Shown here: positions 7,743-15,990 of the stretch, one piece after another
How positions within the stretch are numbered: the first letter of the stretch is position 1
Layout: every line of letters begins with the position of its first letter
Source: a virus
Lineage: Duplodnaviria; Caudoviricetes
Reading direction: 5' to 3' (one strand)
Virus record (IMG/VR): IMGVR_UViG_3300020043_002411
Span: 1-30,548 of that record
Length of the DNA stretch: 30,548 bases
The notes under the pieces: generated by a model
Told to the model about the DNA's origin: nothing
Seen by the model: the letters and a program-made list of their open reading frames with translations, nothing else
Database searches by the model: none
Position numbers and translations under genes: made by a program

Positions 7743-8168
7743 ATGAAATACGATTCACACGGAACACGAATGAGATTAAAGAACCAATTAAATTGGAATA
7801 AGATAGGCAACTTTGACATGGTAAGAATACAAAGATATTGCCCTTTAGATTTCGATTTAATTACAGGACAAAATAGAATTACTAACATAAAGATTTACCG
7901 TCAAGTAGTACACGCTTTATTATTTGCTTCAGGTTATGGATATAGCGAGATTGGTAGGCTTCTAAACCGTGACCACGTTACAATCATGCACTCAGTTAAA
8001 ACGGTGTCTAACATGATTCAGATACACGACATGGCTTATATCAAGGCTATTTGGGAATTGTCAAAAGATTCAGAGTATTACACCGGAGAATACGAAGAAA
8101 AGACGAACAACTTTGTAATTAGTCAAATTATTTTACAAAAAAGATTTGAAAGTATGAAAGTAAATTAA
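7743..8168 (+). CDS. DnaA domain IV-like HTH DNA-binding protein
   Basis: RQ........GYSEIGRLLNRDHVTIMHSVK resembles the DnaA C-terminal signature (IG..F..RDHTTV.H). Confidence 0.7.
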   Translation: MKYDSHGTRMRLKNQLNWNKIGNFDMVRIQRYCPLDFDLITGQNRITNIKIYRQVVHALLFASGYGYSEIGRLLNRDHVTIMHSVKTVSNMIQIHDMAYIKAIWELSKDSEYYTGEYEEKTNNFVISQIILQKRFESMKVN

Positions 8169-8176
8169 TATATTTG
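8145..8176 (+). promoter_or_regulatory. Host-type promoter for replication operon
   Basis: TTTG (8145-8148) - 20 nt - TATATTTG (8169-8176). Confidence 0.75.
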
Positions 8177-8180
8177 CGCA

Positions 8181-8268
8181 TGAAGCGTAGGAACTTCAAG
8201 AAATTTTACTGAAAAGCTGTCATGAAAAGGTTATCCTACGCACCTCGATTGATGGCTTTTCGCATTTT
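8181..8268 (+). ncRNA. Structured 5' leader with predicted loop-loop pseudoknot (copy 1)
   Basis: TGAAG/CTTCA hairpin with loop CGTAGGAA; linker AAGAAATTT; GAAAAGCTGTCA/TGATGGCTTTTC hairpin with apical TCCTACG. Confidence 0.65.
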
Positions 8269-8276
8269 AAAAAATT

Positions 8277-8924
8277 ATGGCAGAAGGAAAAAAATCTTTT
8301 GTGTTGTATTCAGACCAACGTACAATTATTGATATGTTGTCAGATGAAAAAGCAGGGCAACTATTAAAGCATATGTTTGCATATGTTAACGATGAGAATC
8401 CACAAACAAACGACCCTTTAATTTTATTAGCGTTTGAGCCTATTAAATTGCAAATGAAACGTGATTTAGTTAAGTGGGAAAAAACAAAGGGAGTTCGAAG
8501 TGATGCTGGTAAAGCAAGTGCTGAAGCTCGTAGATTAGCAAAAGAACAGCAACAAACTTTAACAAATTCAACAAATGTTAATTTTGTTCAACAAAGCTCA
8601 ACAAATTCAACTGTAAATGTTAATGATACTGTTAATGTAAATGTAAATGTAATTAATACTATACCAACTAAAGAAATGTTTGTGGCTTATGGAATAGAAA
8701 AAAGTCCTGATGTAAACATTGAATCGTTACGATTAAAATACGATGCTTGGATTTCAAGTGATTGGTGTACTAATAAAGCAGGAAAGTTGACAAAAATTAA
8801 AAATTGGAAAGCTACGTTATTAAATACTTTACCATATTTGCCTAAACAACAAAAAGACGAAACGAAAGACGACTACATGAATAACGTTATGAAACAAGTA
8901 AACCAAATAAAACAAATGCAATGA
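8277..8924 (+). CDS. Phage replication initiator (DUF6291-like N-terminus, lambda O-like layout)
   Basis: KKSFVLY...LSDEKAGQL...RS.AGK N-terminus; low-complexity central linker with DNA repeats; I.NWKA C-terminal motif; upstream of helicase. Confidence 0.7.
   Translation: MAEGKKSFVLYSDQRTIIDMLSDEKAGQLLKHMFAYVNDENPQTNDPLILLAFEPIKLQMKRDLVKWEKTKGVRSDAGKASAEARRLAKEQQQTLTNSTNVNFVQQSSTNSTVNVNDTVNVNVNVINTIPTKEMFVAYGIEKSPDVNIESLRLKYDAWISSDWCTNKAGKLTKIKNWKATLLNTLPYLPKQQKDETKDDYMNNVMKQVNQIKQMQ
8551..8650. repeat. Iteron-like repeats, probable replication origin
   Basis: AACAAA at 8551, 8561, 8570, 8590, 8600 (~10-bp phasing); AACAAATTCAAC twice; then TGTAAA/TGTTAA repeats 8612-8650. Confidence 0.6.
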
Positions 8925-9544
8925 AAGTAACAGATAAAATAACAATTACAAACGAGGATAACATGGAACTTATGAAACGTTACCCTGATAATTATTTTGA
9001 CTTGGCAATAGTTGACCCGCCTTATGGATTAGGAGATAGCGTTGTCAATAGTGGTGGTCGATTTAAAAAATATCATAACAAAAATGGAAATTGGGATAAT
9101 TCAATACCAAGTGATGAATATTTTGAAGAATTATTTAGAGTTTCAAAAAATCAAATAATTTGGGGAGGTAATTATTTTCAATTGCCTAAAAATAAGTGCT
9201 TTATAATTTGGGATAAACAACAACCTGAAGATGTTAGTTTTGCTATGTGTGAGTATGCTTGGGCTTCATTTGATAGTGTTGCTAAAATATTTAAAAAAAG
9301 AACGCAAGGTCAAGAAGATAGATTTCACCCAACACAAAAGCCAATTTATTTATATCAATTTTTATTAAAACACTTTGCTAAAGAAAACGACAAAATACTC
9401 GACACGCATTTAGGCTCAGGCTCAATTGCAATTGCTTGTCATGATTACGGCTTTGAATTGACAGCTTGTGAACTTGACAAAGAGTATTACGATAAGGCTA
9501 TACAAAGAATAAAAAATCACACTAACCAACAAAAACTATTTTAA
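8921..9544 (+). CDS. DNA N6-adenine/N4-cytosine methyltransferase (beta class)
   Basis: DPPY catalytic motif, HPTQKP, then LDTHLGSGS SAM-binding motif. Confidence 0.9.
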   Translation: MKVTDKITITNEDNMELMKRYPDNYFDLAIVDPPYGLGDSVVNSGGRFKKYHNKNGNWDNSIPSDEYFEELFRVSKNQIIWGGNYFQLPKNKCFIIWDKQQPEDVSFAMCEYAWASFDSVAKIFKKRTQGQEDRFHPTQKPIYLYQFLLKHFAKENDKILDTHLGSGSIAIACHDYGFELTACELDKEYYDKAIQRIKNHTNQQKLF

Positions 9545-10464
9545 TGATTTTAAAAAACGGACATAGCACAAAATACTTAAATGATTACCTTGACGGAAAA
9601 GTTCCAACGGGTTTAAAATTAGGTTGTGACTTAGATAATCACTTCGTACATAAACACGGACAATTTAACATAATTCTCGGACATGACAACGTAGGTAAAA
9701 CATACTTTATGGAATGGTACTTTCTTTCGTTAGTTACAAACCATGATTTAAAAATCTGTTTATTCATGGACGAAAATTATCAAGGCAAAGTAATGCGTGA
9801 CTTGATACAAATGTATGCAGGAAAAAAATACATGGATTTAACACACAGAGAGGTTCGAAGATTTGAAATGAAAATGGAGCATCACTTTAAATTCATTGAC
9901 AACACAATACGTTACACTCCTGAGGACTTAATGTCGGATTTTATAAAAGCAGATTGTGACATTCACTTAATCGACCCTTTCAACGGTTTAAAAACACCGA
10001 TGAGTTATAGTTCCAACTACGATGTATTAAACGATTTAAAGCAGTTTACAAAGACGGGTAAAAGTATTTATGTAAATGCGCACCCAAGTAGTGCAAGTGG
10101 AAGACGCTCGGCTATATATCCTGAAAAACATGATTGGGCTGGTCACGTTATGCCACCTTTAAAATCGGATATTGAGGGCGGTAAGGCTTTTGCAAATAAA
10201 GCAGATGATTTTTTGGTAGTGCATCGACTTACTCAACATACGAACTTATGGAATTACACAATGGTTGAAGTGGTAAAAGTAAAAGATACTGATACGGGCG
10301 GTAAACCAACGCTATTGAATGAGCCTATCTTATTAGATTACAATTATGGACTTGGATTTAAAGTAGCTGGTAAAGATGTTATCAAAAGAAATCACGACAT
10401 CACACCAATAAAAGAACCGATTACAAATAGTTTTAATAGTTTTACGGAAAACATACCTTTTTAA
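9544..10464 (+). CDS. DnaB/SF4-like replicative helicase
   Basis: PTG...LD, Walker A GHDNVGKT, Walker B LIDP, AHP, DIEGG..F.NKAD. Confidence 0.75.
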   Translation: MILKNGHSTKYLNDYLDGKVPTGLKLGCDLDNHFVHKHGQFNIILGHDNVGKTYFMEWYFLSLVTNHDLKICLFMDENYQGKVMRDLIQMYAGKKYMDLTHREVRRFEMKMEHHFKFIDNTIRYTPEDLMSDFIKADCDIHLIDPFNGLKTPMSYSSNYDVLNDLKQFTKTGKSIYVNAHPSSASGRRSAIYPEKHDWAGHVMPPLKSDIEGGKAFANKADDFLVVHRLTQHTNLWNYTMVEVVKVKDTDTGGKPTLLNEPILLDYNYGLGFKVAGKDVIKRNHDITPIKEPITNSFNSFTENIPF

Positions 10465-10466
10465 CG

Positions 10467-10760
10467 ATGAATGAATTAGATGTATTAATTAGAAAAGCAC
10501 AACTATCTACTGTTTTACACCGTGTTAAATTCGCTTTAGATGACTTAGAGCAGAAAGCACCACATAAACACGAACTAATTAAAAGCCAAAAAGAAAGCGT
10601 TAACGACCTTTTAGATGTACAGGAGTTAGTCTATCATTTAGTAGATGAGAATAAAACGTACCGACTTAGAAACATAAGTTTAGAAAAAGCATTAATTTTA
10701 AACGAAGTTGAAATGCAAAAGATGCGTGAGGAAGTAGAATCTATAAAACAGTTGTTATGA
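10467..10760 (+). CDS. Hypothetical coiled-coil protein
   Basis: 97 aa; start context TAACGATGAA. Confidence 0.65.
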   Translation: MNELDVLIRKAQLSTVLHRVKFALDDLEQKAPHKHELIKSQKESVNDLLDVQELVYHLVDENKTYRLRNISLEKALILNEVEMQKMREEVESIKQLL

Positions 10761-10957
10761 CACCAAAAGAAAAAGCGAAAGAATTAGTAGATAATTTTGA
10801 GTTCCCAATGGAATATATTTATTTACCAAAAGGAATATCTAAACAATGTGCTTTAATTGCAGTTGATGAGGTGTTAAATTTGTTATGGCATACTCATAAA
10901 AATGAAATTGAATATAGATATTGGAATGAAGTCAAACAAGAAATTGAAAAGCTATGA
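10757..10957 (+). CDS. MTPKEKA family small protein
   Basis: First 20 nt identical to ORF at 5028; shared middle and end blocks. Confidence 0.75.
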   Translation: MTPKEKAKELVDNFEFPMEYIYLPKGISKQCALIAVDEVLNLLWHTHKNEIEYRYWNEVKQEIEKL

Positions 10958-11172
10958 CACCACTAAACGAAGTTATGTTTCAACTACAAAAACACGAACT
11001 TAACCGTGATTTAACGCTACATAAAGGTTGTTACATACCAAACATTAAGAACACAGTAGAAAGTCTTTTAAACGTGCTTAAAAACCAAAAAGGAAATAGA
11101 GCGTATTTACCTTACTATAATACGATTGTAAACATTTTAAATAAATTGAATGATGAAAACGGATTACGATAA
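10954..11172 (+). CDS. Hypothetical protein
   Basis: 72 aa, ATGA-coupled. Confidence 0.6.
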   Translation: MTPLNEVMFQLQKHELNRDLTLHKGCYIPNIKNTVESLLNVLKNQKGNRAYLPYYNTIVNILNKLNDENGLR

Positions 11173-11689
11173 GAAATGTAAAGAATGTAACGCTACTTTT
11201 GTGCCTTATAAGACTACAGACCGACTTTGTTACGTTTGCACCAAGACAAAACTTGCTTTAAAGAACCTTGAAAAGATTAAAAAAGAAAAAGTAAAAAAAC
11301 AAAAAGAGGATTTATTAACACTTCAGGACTATTTGAAACTTGCTCAACAAGTATTCAACAAGTACATAAGACTTCGAGATGAGGGATTACCTTGCATAAG
11401 TTGTCAAAAACCAATGAGGAAAGGAAACATTGATGCGGGTCACTTATGGAGTGCGGGGGGGCATTCAAACGTGCGATTTAACGAACTAAATGTAAACGCT
11501 CAATGTAGTAGACCATGTAACAAAGATAAAGCTGGAGACATAAACAACTATCGTTTAGGATTTGTTAAAAGATATTCAGTTGAGCAATTAGATGAACTTG
11601 ACAAAATAGCAAATGTTACCCGAAAATGGACAAAAGATGAACTCAAATTGTTAATAAGTGAGTACAAAAAAAAGATAAAAGAATTATAA
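11150..11689 (+). CDS. ninG: NinG/Rap-like recombination endonuclease
   Basis: N-terminal CxxC..C; Q.VFN.YIRLRD...PCISC, DAGH, RF.E.N.NAQC..CN motifs. Confidence 0.85.
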   Translation: MMKTDYDKKCKECNATFVPYKTTDRLCYVCTKTKLALKNLEKIKKEKVKKQKEDLLTLQDYLKLAQQVFNKYIRLRDEGLPCISCQKPMRKGNIDAGHLWSAGGHSNVRFNELNVNAQCSRPCNKDKAGDINNYRLGFVKRYSVEQLDELDKIANVTRKWTKDELKLLISEYKKKIKEL

Positions 11690-11696
11690 AATTGAT

Positions 11697-11704
11697 TATA
11701 TTTG
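11697..11704 (+). promoter_or_regulatory. Host-type -7 promoter element for HNH gene
   Basis: TATATTTG immediately before the structured leader. Confidence 0.6.
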
Positions 11705-11706
11705 AT

Positions 11707-11792
11707 ATGTGTAGTTGCGGACACATTTAAGAAATTTAGTAATTCCTATTACCGAGTAGAGACCGCAACCTCGAAAGGTAGTAGGTTTTTTT
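11707..11792 (+). ncRNA. Structured 5' leader with predicted loop-loop pseudoknot and terminator-like 3' hairpin (copy 2)
   Basis: ATGTGT/ACACAT hairpin with loop AGTTGCGG; linker AAGAAATTT; CCTATTACC/GGTAGTAGG hairpin with apical CCGCAAC; T7 tail. Confidence 0.7.
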
Positions 11793-11797
11793 ATTTT

Positions 11798-12181
11798 ATG
11801 GAAGTTTGGAAAAATGTATTAGGTTACGAGGGTATTTATCAAGTATCTAATTTAGGAAGAGTTAAAAGAATATCTAAAAATCATTTGTGTAATATTAAGT
11901 ATCAAGGAGAATATTATTTAAAACCTTTAGATAATGGTAAAGGTTATTACAGAATGAAGCTGTCAGATAAAGGAATTTCAAAACGTGTAATGTTACATAG
12001 AATAATTGCAGAAGCGTTTATACCTAATCCTGAAAACAAAAAAGTAATTAACCATATTAATTGTGATAGAAAGGATAATAGAATTGAAAATCTTGAATGG
12101 ACAACACAAAGCGAAAACTGTTTACACGCTGTTAGATTAGGCAGATGGACTCAAGGAAGAAAAAAAGATAAAAAATATTAA
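11798..12181 (+). CDS. NUMOD4-HNH homing endonuclease
   Basis: MEVWK.V.GYEG.YQVSNLGRVK (NUMOD4); HRIIA.AFIPNP....INH..CDRKDNR.ENLEW.T.SEN..H; start revised from TTG 11702 to ATG 11798. Confidence 0.9.
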   Translation: MEVWKNVLGYEGIYQVSNLGRVKRISKNHLCNIKYQGEYYLKPLDNGKGYYRMKLSDKGISKRVMLHRIIAEAFIPNPENKKVINHINCDRKDNRIENLEWTTQSENCLHAVRLGRWTQGRKKDKKY

Positions 12182-12189
12182 TTAGAATA

Positions 12190-12219
12190 TTGTGTATTAA
12201 AAATAAAACACTATATTTG
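12190..12219 (+). promoter_or_regulatory. Host-type promoter for recombination operon
   Basis: TTG (12190-12192) - 19 nt - TATATTTG (12212-12219); spacer has GTATTAAA like the 4683 promoter. Confidence 0.7.
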
Positions 12220-12240
12220 TAGAAATTAAAACAAATAACG

Positions 12241-12756
12241 ATGAATCTATTAAAATTACAAGCAGAGTTAAAGTGTCCTAAAGGGTCATTTAATTCATTC
12301 GGAAAGTACAAGTACAGAAGCGCAGAGCAGATACTTGAATCATTAAAACCATTATTACAAAAACACGAATTAGAATTAGTCTTATCAGATGACATAGTTC
12401 AGGTAGGTAGTAAGCTATTTTTAAAAGCTACGGCTGCTTTAAGGAGTGGAACTAAAGTAATTGAAGTAAACGGTTTCGCAGAATTGGGAGAACACAAAGG
12501 AATGTCTTCGGAGCAATGTACAGGCACTGCTTCAAGTTACGCTCGTAAGTATGCGCTAAATGGTTTATTCTTAATTGATGAAACAGAAAGCGACCCCGAC
12601 TCAAAAGATAACAGCCAAGTAAAACACGAACCAAAAAAGCAACCTATCAACGATGAGCGTTTTGTAAAAGCATTACAAGCAATCAAAGAGGGCAAAGCAA
12701 AGAAAGAAGATTTATTAAAATTCGAGTTAACACCCGAACAAAAAGCAATGTTATGA
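12241..12756 (+). CDS. erf: ERF-family single-strand annealing protein
   Basis: PK...N.FGKYKYRS.E.I...LKPLL and TG.ASSYARKYAL.GLF.I motifs. Confidence 0.85.
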   Translation: MNLLKLQAELKCPKGSFNSFGKYKYRSAEQILESLKPLLQKHELELVLSDDIVQVGSKLFLKATAALRSGTKVIEVNGFAELGEHKGMSSEQCTGTASSYARKYALNGLFLIDETESDPDSKDNSQVKHEPKKQPINDERFVKALQAIKEGKAKKEDLLKFELTPEQKAML

Positions 12757-13127
12757 AATCAGATTTAAGAGAAGTAGAAGTAGGCGACAAAATTTGGACT
12801 ATTCAACATGGTTGGGTTGAAGTTGTTAACGTTGACACAGATAGTTATCCAATTGAAACAGATGGTTCTTGTTACACAATTGATGGTAAACGTTCGAGAG
12901 GCGACAAATACCCATCAGCATTTACTGAATGTCCTTTCAAAGAACAACCAATCAAAAAAGATACGCTTGTTTTGTTTAGGAATAGTGAAAATGAAAACTG
13001 GAGGGTTGGATATTATTCACATTTTGAAAATGGTAAACATTTTTGTTTTGAATATTCAAAGAAATCAACTGAAACAAGGACTACTAATAGTTGGAAAATA
13101 GTAACAACAGAAAATCCTTTATCATGA
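12753..13127 (+). CDS. Hypothetical protein between ERF and exonuclease
   Basis: 124 aa, ATGA-coupled both sides. Confidence 0.65.
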   Translation: MKSDLREVEVGDKIWTIQHGWVEVVNVDTDSYPIETDGSCYTIDGKRSRGDKYPSAFTECPFKEQPIKKDTLVLFRNSENENWRVGYYSHFENGKHFCFEYSKKSTETRTTNSWKIVTTENPLS

Positions 13128-13795
13128 TAGTACGTTGTTCAAGTTTAGGTAAGTTGATGATTGAGCCTCGTAGCAAAAACGAGGTTCTAAGTCAGACCGC
13201 AAAGAGTTACATCGAAGATTTATTCAATGAATTGGAGTTTGGCTACCGTAAAGAGTTTAGTTCACGATACACTGACAAAGGACTTGAAATGGAAGACGAG
13301 GCTATTCAGTTTGCAAGTGAGCAATTCGATTGGGAGTTTGTAGTTAAAAACACGGAACGTTTTACAAATGATTACATAACAGGCGAACCTGACATAAACA
13401 CGGATAACTTATTAGCTGATATAAAATGCAGTTGGTCATTAGATACCTATCCGATGTTTGAAGCTGAAATGAAAAATAAGGATTACTATTGGCAGTTGCA
13501 AGGTTATATGTGGCTAACGGGTAAAACCGAAGCTGAATTAGTTTACTGCTTAATGAATACACCGCTACAAATAGTTGAAGACGAAGTAAGACGTGCGCAC
13601 TGGAAAGCGGGGCTAATTGACGAGGACATTGATTTAAGACACGAAGTGCAATTGAAACACAATTACGACAACATTCCAAGTAAACTACGTGTAAAGCGTT
13701 ACATCGTTGAACGTGACGAAAAGGCGATTGAAAAGATTATCGAGAAAGTAGAAATAGCAAGAGAGTATTATAAAATGTTAAAAGGTTTAATATGA
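13124..13795 (+). CDS. YqaJ/lambda-exonuclease-like PD-(D/E)xK nuclease
   Basis: RCSSLGKLM, G...E..A, GEPD...DIKCS, YYWQLQGYMWLTG; start revised to ATG 13124 (ATGA overlap). Confidence 0.8.
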   Translation: MIVRCSSLGKLMIEPRSKNEVLSQTAKSYIEDLFNELEFGYRKEFSSRYTDKGLEMEDEAIQFASEQFDWEFVVKNTERFTNDYITGEPDINTDNLLADIKCSWSLDTYPMFEAEMKNKDYYWQLQGYMWLTGKTEAELVYCLMNTPLQIVEDEVRRAHWKAGLIDEDIDLRHEVQLKHNYDNIPSKLRVKRYIVERDEKAIEKIIEKVEIAREYYKMLKGLI

Positions 13796-14028
13796 AAGAA
13801 ACTGAATTTATAGAACGTTGGATGATGGTGTCAAATGATAATATCGTTTGGTATAAACGTAAAGTCGTAATGTCAAGAAAAGGATATTTTTATGCTTTGG
13901 CAGATGTAGTGCCTTGGAGTTTTGCAAAAGAAATAGAACCTAAAATGGAATTTACAGTAGAATTAACTTTAGAAGATATTGCCAATAAGTTTGGCATTAA
14001 TGTAGAACAATTAAAAATAAAAAAGTAA
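13792..14028 (+). CDS. Hypothetical protein
   Basis: 78 aa; C-terminal ELTLEDIA.KFG..VE.LKIK. Confidence 0.6.
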   Translation: MKETEFIERWMMVSNDNIVWYKRKVVMSRKGYFYALADVVPWSFAKEIEPKMEFTVELTLEDIANKFGINVEQLKIKK

Positions 14029-14029
14029 A

Positions 14030-14275
14030 ATGGAGTACAATAACGAAAACGCAGGAGCAATTTTCAAGAACGAAACTGCAACAGGAAACCAACCAACTTA
14101 CAGAGGTAAGATTAATGTAGACGGTGTAGACAAACAAATCGCAATGTGGGTAAAACAAACAAAAGACGGTAAGCCTTTCTTTTCTGTTAAGATTACAGAA
14201 CCATATAAAGCTGACGCACCTATTCCAGCTAATACTACACAACAAAAAGACGAACACACGGATTTACCTTTTTAG
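14030..14275 (+). CDS. Probable ssDNA-binding protein (DUF736-like)
   Basis: GAIFKN....QP.YRGKI...IAMW...G..F.S; acidic C-terminal DLPF tail; in recombination module. Confidence 0.65.
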   Translation: MEYNNENAGAIFKNETATGNQPTYRGKINVDGVDKQIAMWVKQTKDGKPFFSVKITEPYKADAPIPANTTQQKDEHTDLPF

Positions 14276-14277
14276 TT

Positions 14278-14508
14278 ATGACACCAAGACAAAAAGCAGC
14301 AGAATTAGTAGATAAATTTTGCACATATCAACCAATGAATGAAGATGTAACATTTGTTTATGATGGATTTAAAGCAAGTAAACAATGTGCGCTAATAGCA
14401 GTTTATGAAATAATCAATGCAAATCCACATTCAAATCCATTTAATACAAATGTTTATTCAACCATGAGTTATTGGAATGAAGTCAGAAAAGAAATCGAAA
14501 TGCTATGA
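14278..14508 (+). CDS. MTPKEKA family small protein
   Basis: MTPRQKAAELVDKF...KQCALIAVYE...YWNEVRKEIEML. Confidence 0.75.
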   Translation: MTPRQKAAELVDKFCTYQPMNEDVTFVYDGFKASKQCALIAVYEIINANPHSNPFNTNVYSTMSYWNEVRKEIEML

Positions 14509-14726
14509 AAGCAATAGATGCAATAATAAACATTGAGGAAATAACACGTAAAGCGATGCAAGTTCACTTTGAGAATACGTGCGAAAGTCCAAGAGCGTTT
14601 TGCCAACGTAGTAAGTTACAACAAGGACAGCTTAATAAGTTTTTACGACATGAGGGCGGTTTAAACACGGAAACATTGCAACGAATAGGTAAGGCACTTA
14701 ATAACATAAAATGGAAGCACTCTTAA
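14505..14726 (+). CDS. XRE/Cro-like HTH protein
   Basis: SPRAFCQRSKLQQGQLNKFLR..GGL..ETLQRIGKAL pattern; last gene before terminator. Confidence 0.6.
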   Translation: MKAIDAIINIEEITRKAMQVHFENTCESPRAFCQRSKLQQGQLNKFLRHEGGLNTETLQRIGKALNNIKWKHS

Positions 14727-14740
14727 CGGGGTGTTTTTTT
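14715..14740 (+). terminator. Rho-independent terminator ending recombination operon
   Basis: AAGCACTC-TTAACG-GGGTGTTT then T-run. Confidence 0.7.
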
Positions 14741-14777
14741 ATTTAAAAATAGTTGTATATTTACAAAAAAATTATAT

Positions 14778-15026
14778 ATGACAATTATTTTATTAGTAGC
14801 GTTCGCATGGTGGTTTGTTAAATTTGAGCCTTTACACTTTGCAATTGACTACGTCTTTGAGTTCTTTAGACCAACATTTGTTACAAATTGGATACATCAT
14901 TCACTTTCATGTTATAAATGTGTAGGTTTTTGGTCGGCTTGGATTATTACGGGCAACTTTTTTTATGCTTGTATCGTTTCTTTAATATCTTACACCTTAG
15001 ATTTATGCTTACAGAAATTGACATAG
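14778..15026 (+). CDS. Small membrane protein with CxxCxxFW (DUF1360-like)
   Basis: Hydrophobic 82 aa; LSCYKCVGFW. Confidence 0.6.
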   Translation: MTIILLVAFAWWFVKFEPLHFAIDYVFEFFRPTFVTNWIHHSLSCYKCVGFWSAWIITGNFFYACIVSLISYTLDLCLQKLT

Positions 15027-15211
15027 AATACATCGAAAGTATCCGTTTGGAAACACAGCACGTTCAAGAGAGTAAAAGTGTCTTAAACAAGCTAAAAACG
15101 ATAAAAGAACGGATTACAAACGAGAACTTTACTAAATGCTTTTGCTCAGGAGTAGTGAGAAAGCAATATTTAAAAGATTTTTTCAATTGGTATGAAAGCT
15201 ATTCTCGATAA
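15005..15211 (+). CDS. Hypothetical protein with CFC motif
   Basis: Start revised from 14918 to ATG 15005 (MLTEIDIEY). Confidence 0.55.
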   Translation: MLTEIDIEYIESIRLETQHVQESKSVLNKLKTIKERITNENFTKCFCSGVVRKQYLKDFFNWYESYSR

Positions 15212-15740
15212 ACTACTCACTGAAAACTACAACGAAGTAAGTCGGTACACGCATTACTTTCTGAGTAGACTAAAATCTAACCTTGACTGCGATACTGTCA
15301 TTAACAATGCCTACCTTTCGTATATTGAACACGATATAAAAGGAAAAACCCCAACTTTAGACCATGAAGTAAAGTATTATTTTAGTCATTTAATCAAATG
15401 TGAGTTACTTTGGCAGTCAAAAAGCAAGTTAGAAATAATAACAAGCGTAGAAAATGACTACATAGCTGAGATAGTAGATGACGAAAACACGAACGCAATA
15501 ATAGTTGAATTAAACATAAACCGTTACAAAGCTATTTTAGACATATACAGGGATAGCTTAACCGATAAAGTAAAGCGTGTGTACTTCGATACGTTCCTAA
15601 GGTTGTCAAAACAGAAAGAAAAAGCATACACAATACGAGAATTGGCAAGTCACTTCGATATTAGCGTAGGCACAGCACACGGAATGATAACAGAAATCAA
15701 AAAGGAACTTCGGGAGCTTGAACAATTGTTGAAAAATTAA
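15192..15740 (+). CDS. ECF-sigma-like late transcription regulator
   Basis: 182 aa; N-terminal D.V.N.AYL resembling region 2; C-terminal HTH TIRELASHFDISVGTAHGMI resembling region 4; directly before packaging genes. Confidence 0.6.
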   Translation: MKAILDKLLTENYNEVSRYTHYFLSRLKSNLDCDTVINNAYLSYIEHDIKGKTPTLDHEVKYYFSHLIKCELLWQSKSKLEIITSVENDYIAEIVDDENTNAIIVELNINRYKAILDIYRDSLTDKVKRVYFDTFLRLSKQKEKAYTIRELASHFDISVGTAHGMITEIKKELRELEQLLKN

Positions 15741-15751
15741 CATTTTAAATA
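15719..15751 (+). promoter_or_regulatory. Putative late promoter 1
   Basis: TGAACAA-N14-ACATTTTAAATA. Confidence 0.6.
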
Positions 15752-15759
15752 AAAAAAAG

Positions 15760-15990
15760 ATGAGCAAAATTAAAGCGGAATACTACGGAAAAGTAATTTC
15801 TAAATACGATAGCATTTTAGGCGAAGTAAGAATCGAGATTGACAAGGTAAAGCCAAGTCAACACAACTATTTGCGTGCAATGGGTTTCGGTCATATCTTT
15901 GAAACTACAAAATTTGTAGGAATTGAAGAAGAAAAGCCTAAAAAAACACGAACAAGAAAAGCTAAACCACAACAAGAAGAGGAAGAATGA
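15760..15990 (+). CDS. Hypothetical protein
   Basis: 76 aa, charged C-terminus. Confidence 0.6.
   Translation: MSKIKAEYYGKVISKYDSILGEVRIEIDKVKPSQHNYLRAMGFGHIFETTKFVGIEEEKPKKTRTRKAKPQQEEEE

Noticed and set aside
11702-11797. 32-codon N-terminal extension of the HNH ORF from TTG 11702
   Set aside because: The TTG lies inside the promoter element, the region is a structured leader, and the NUMOD4 motif starts at ATG 11798
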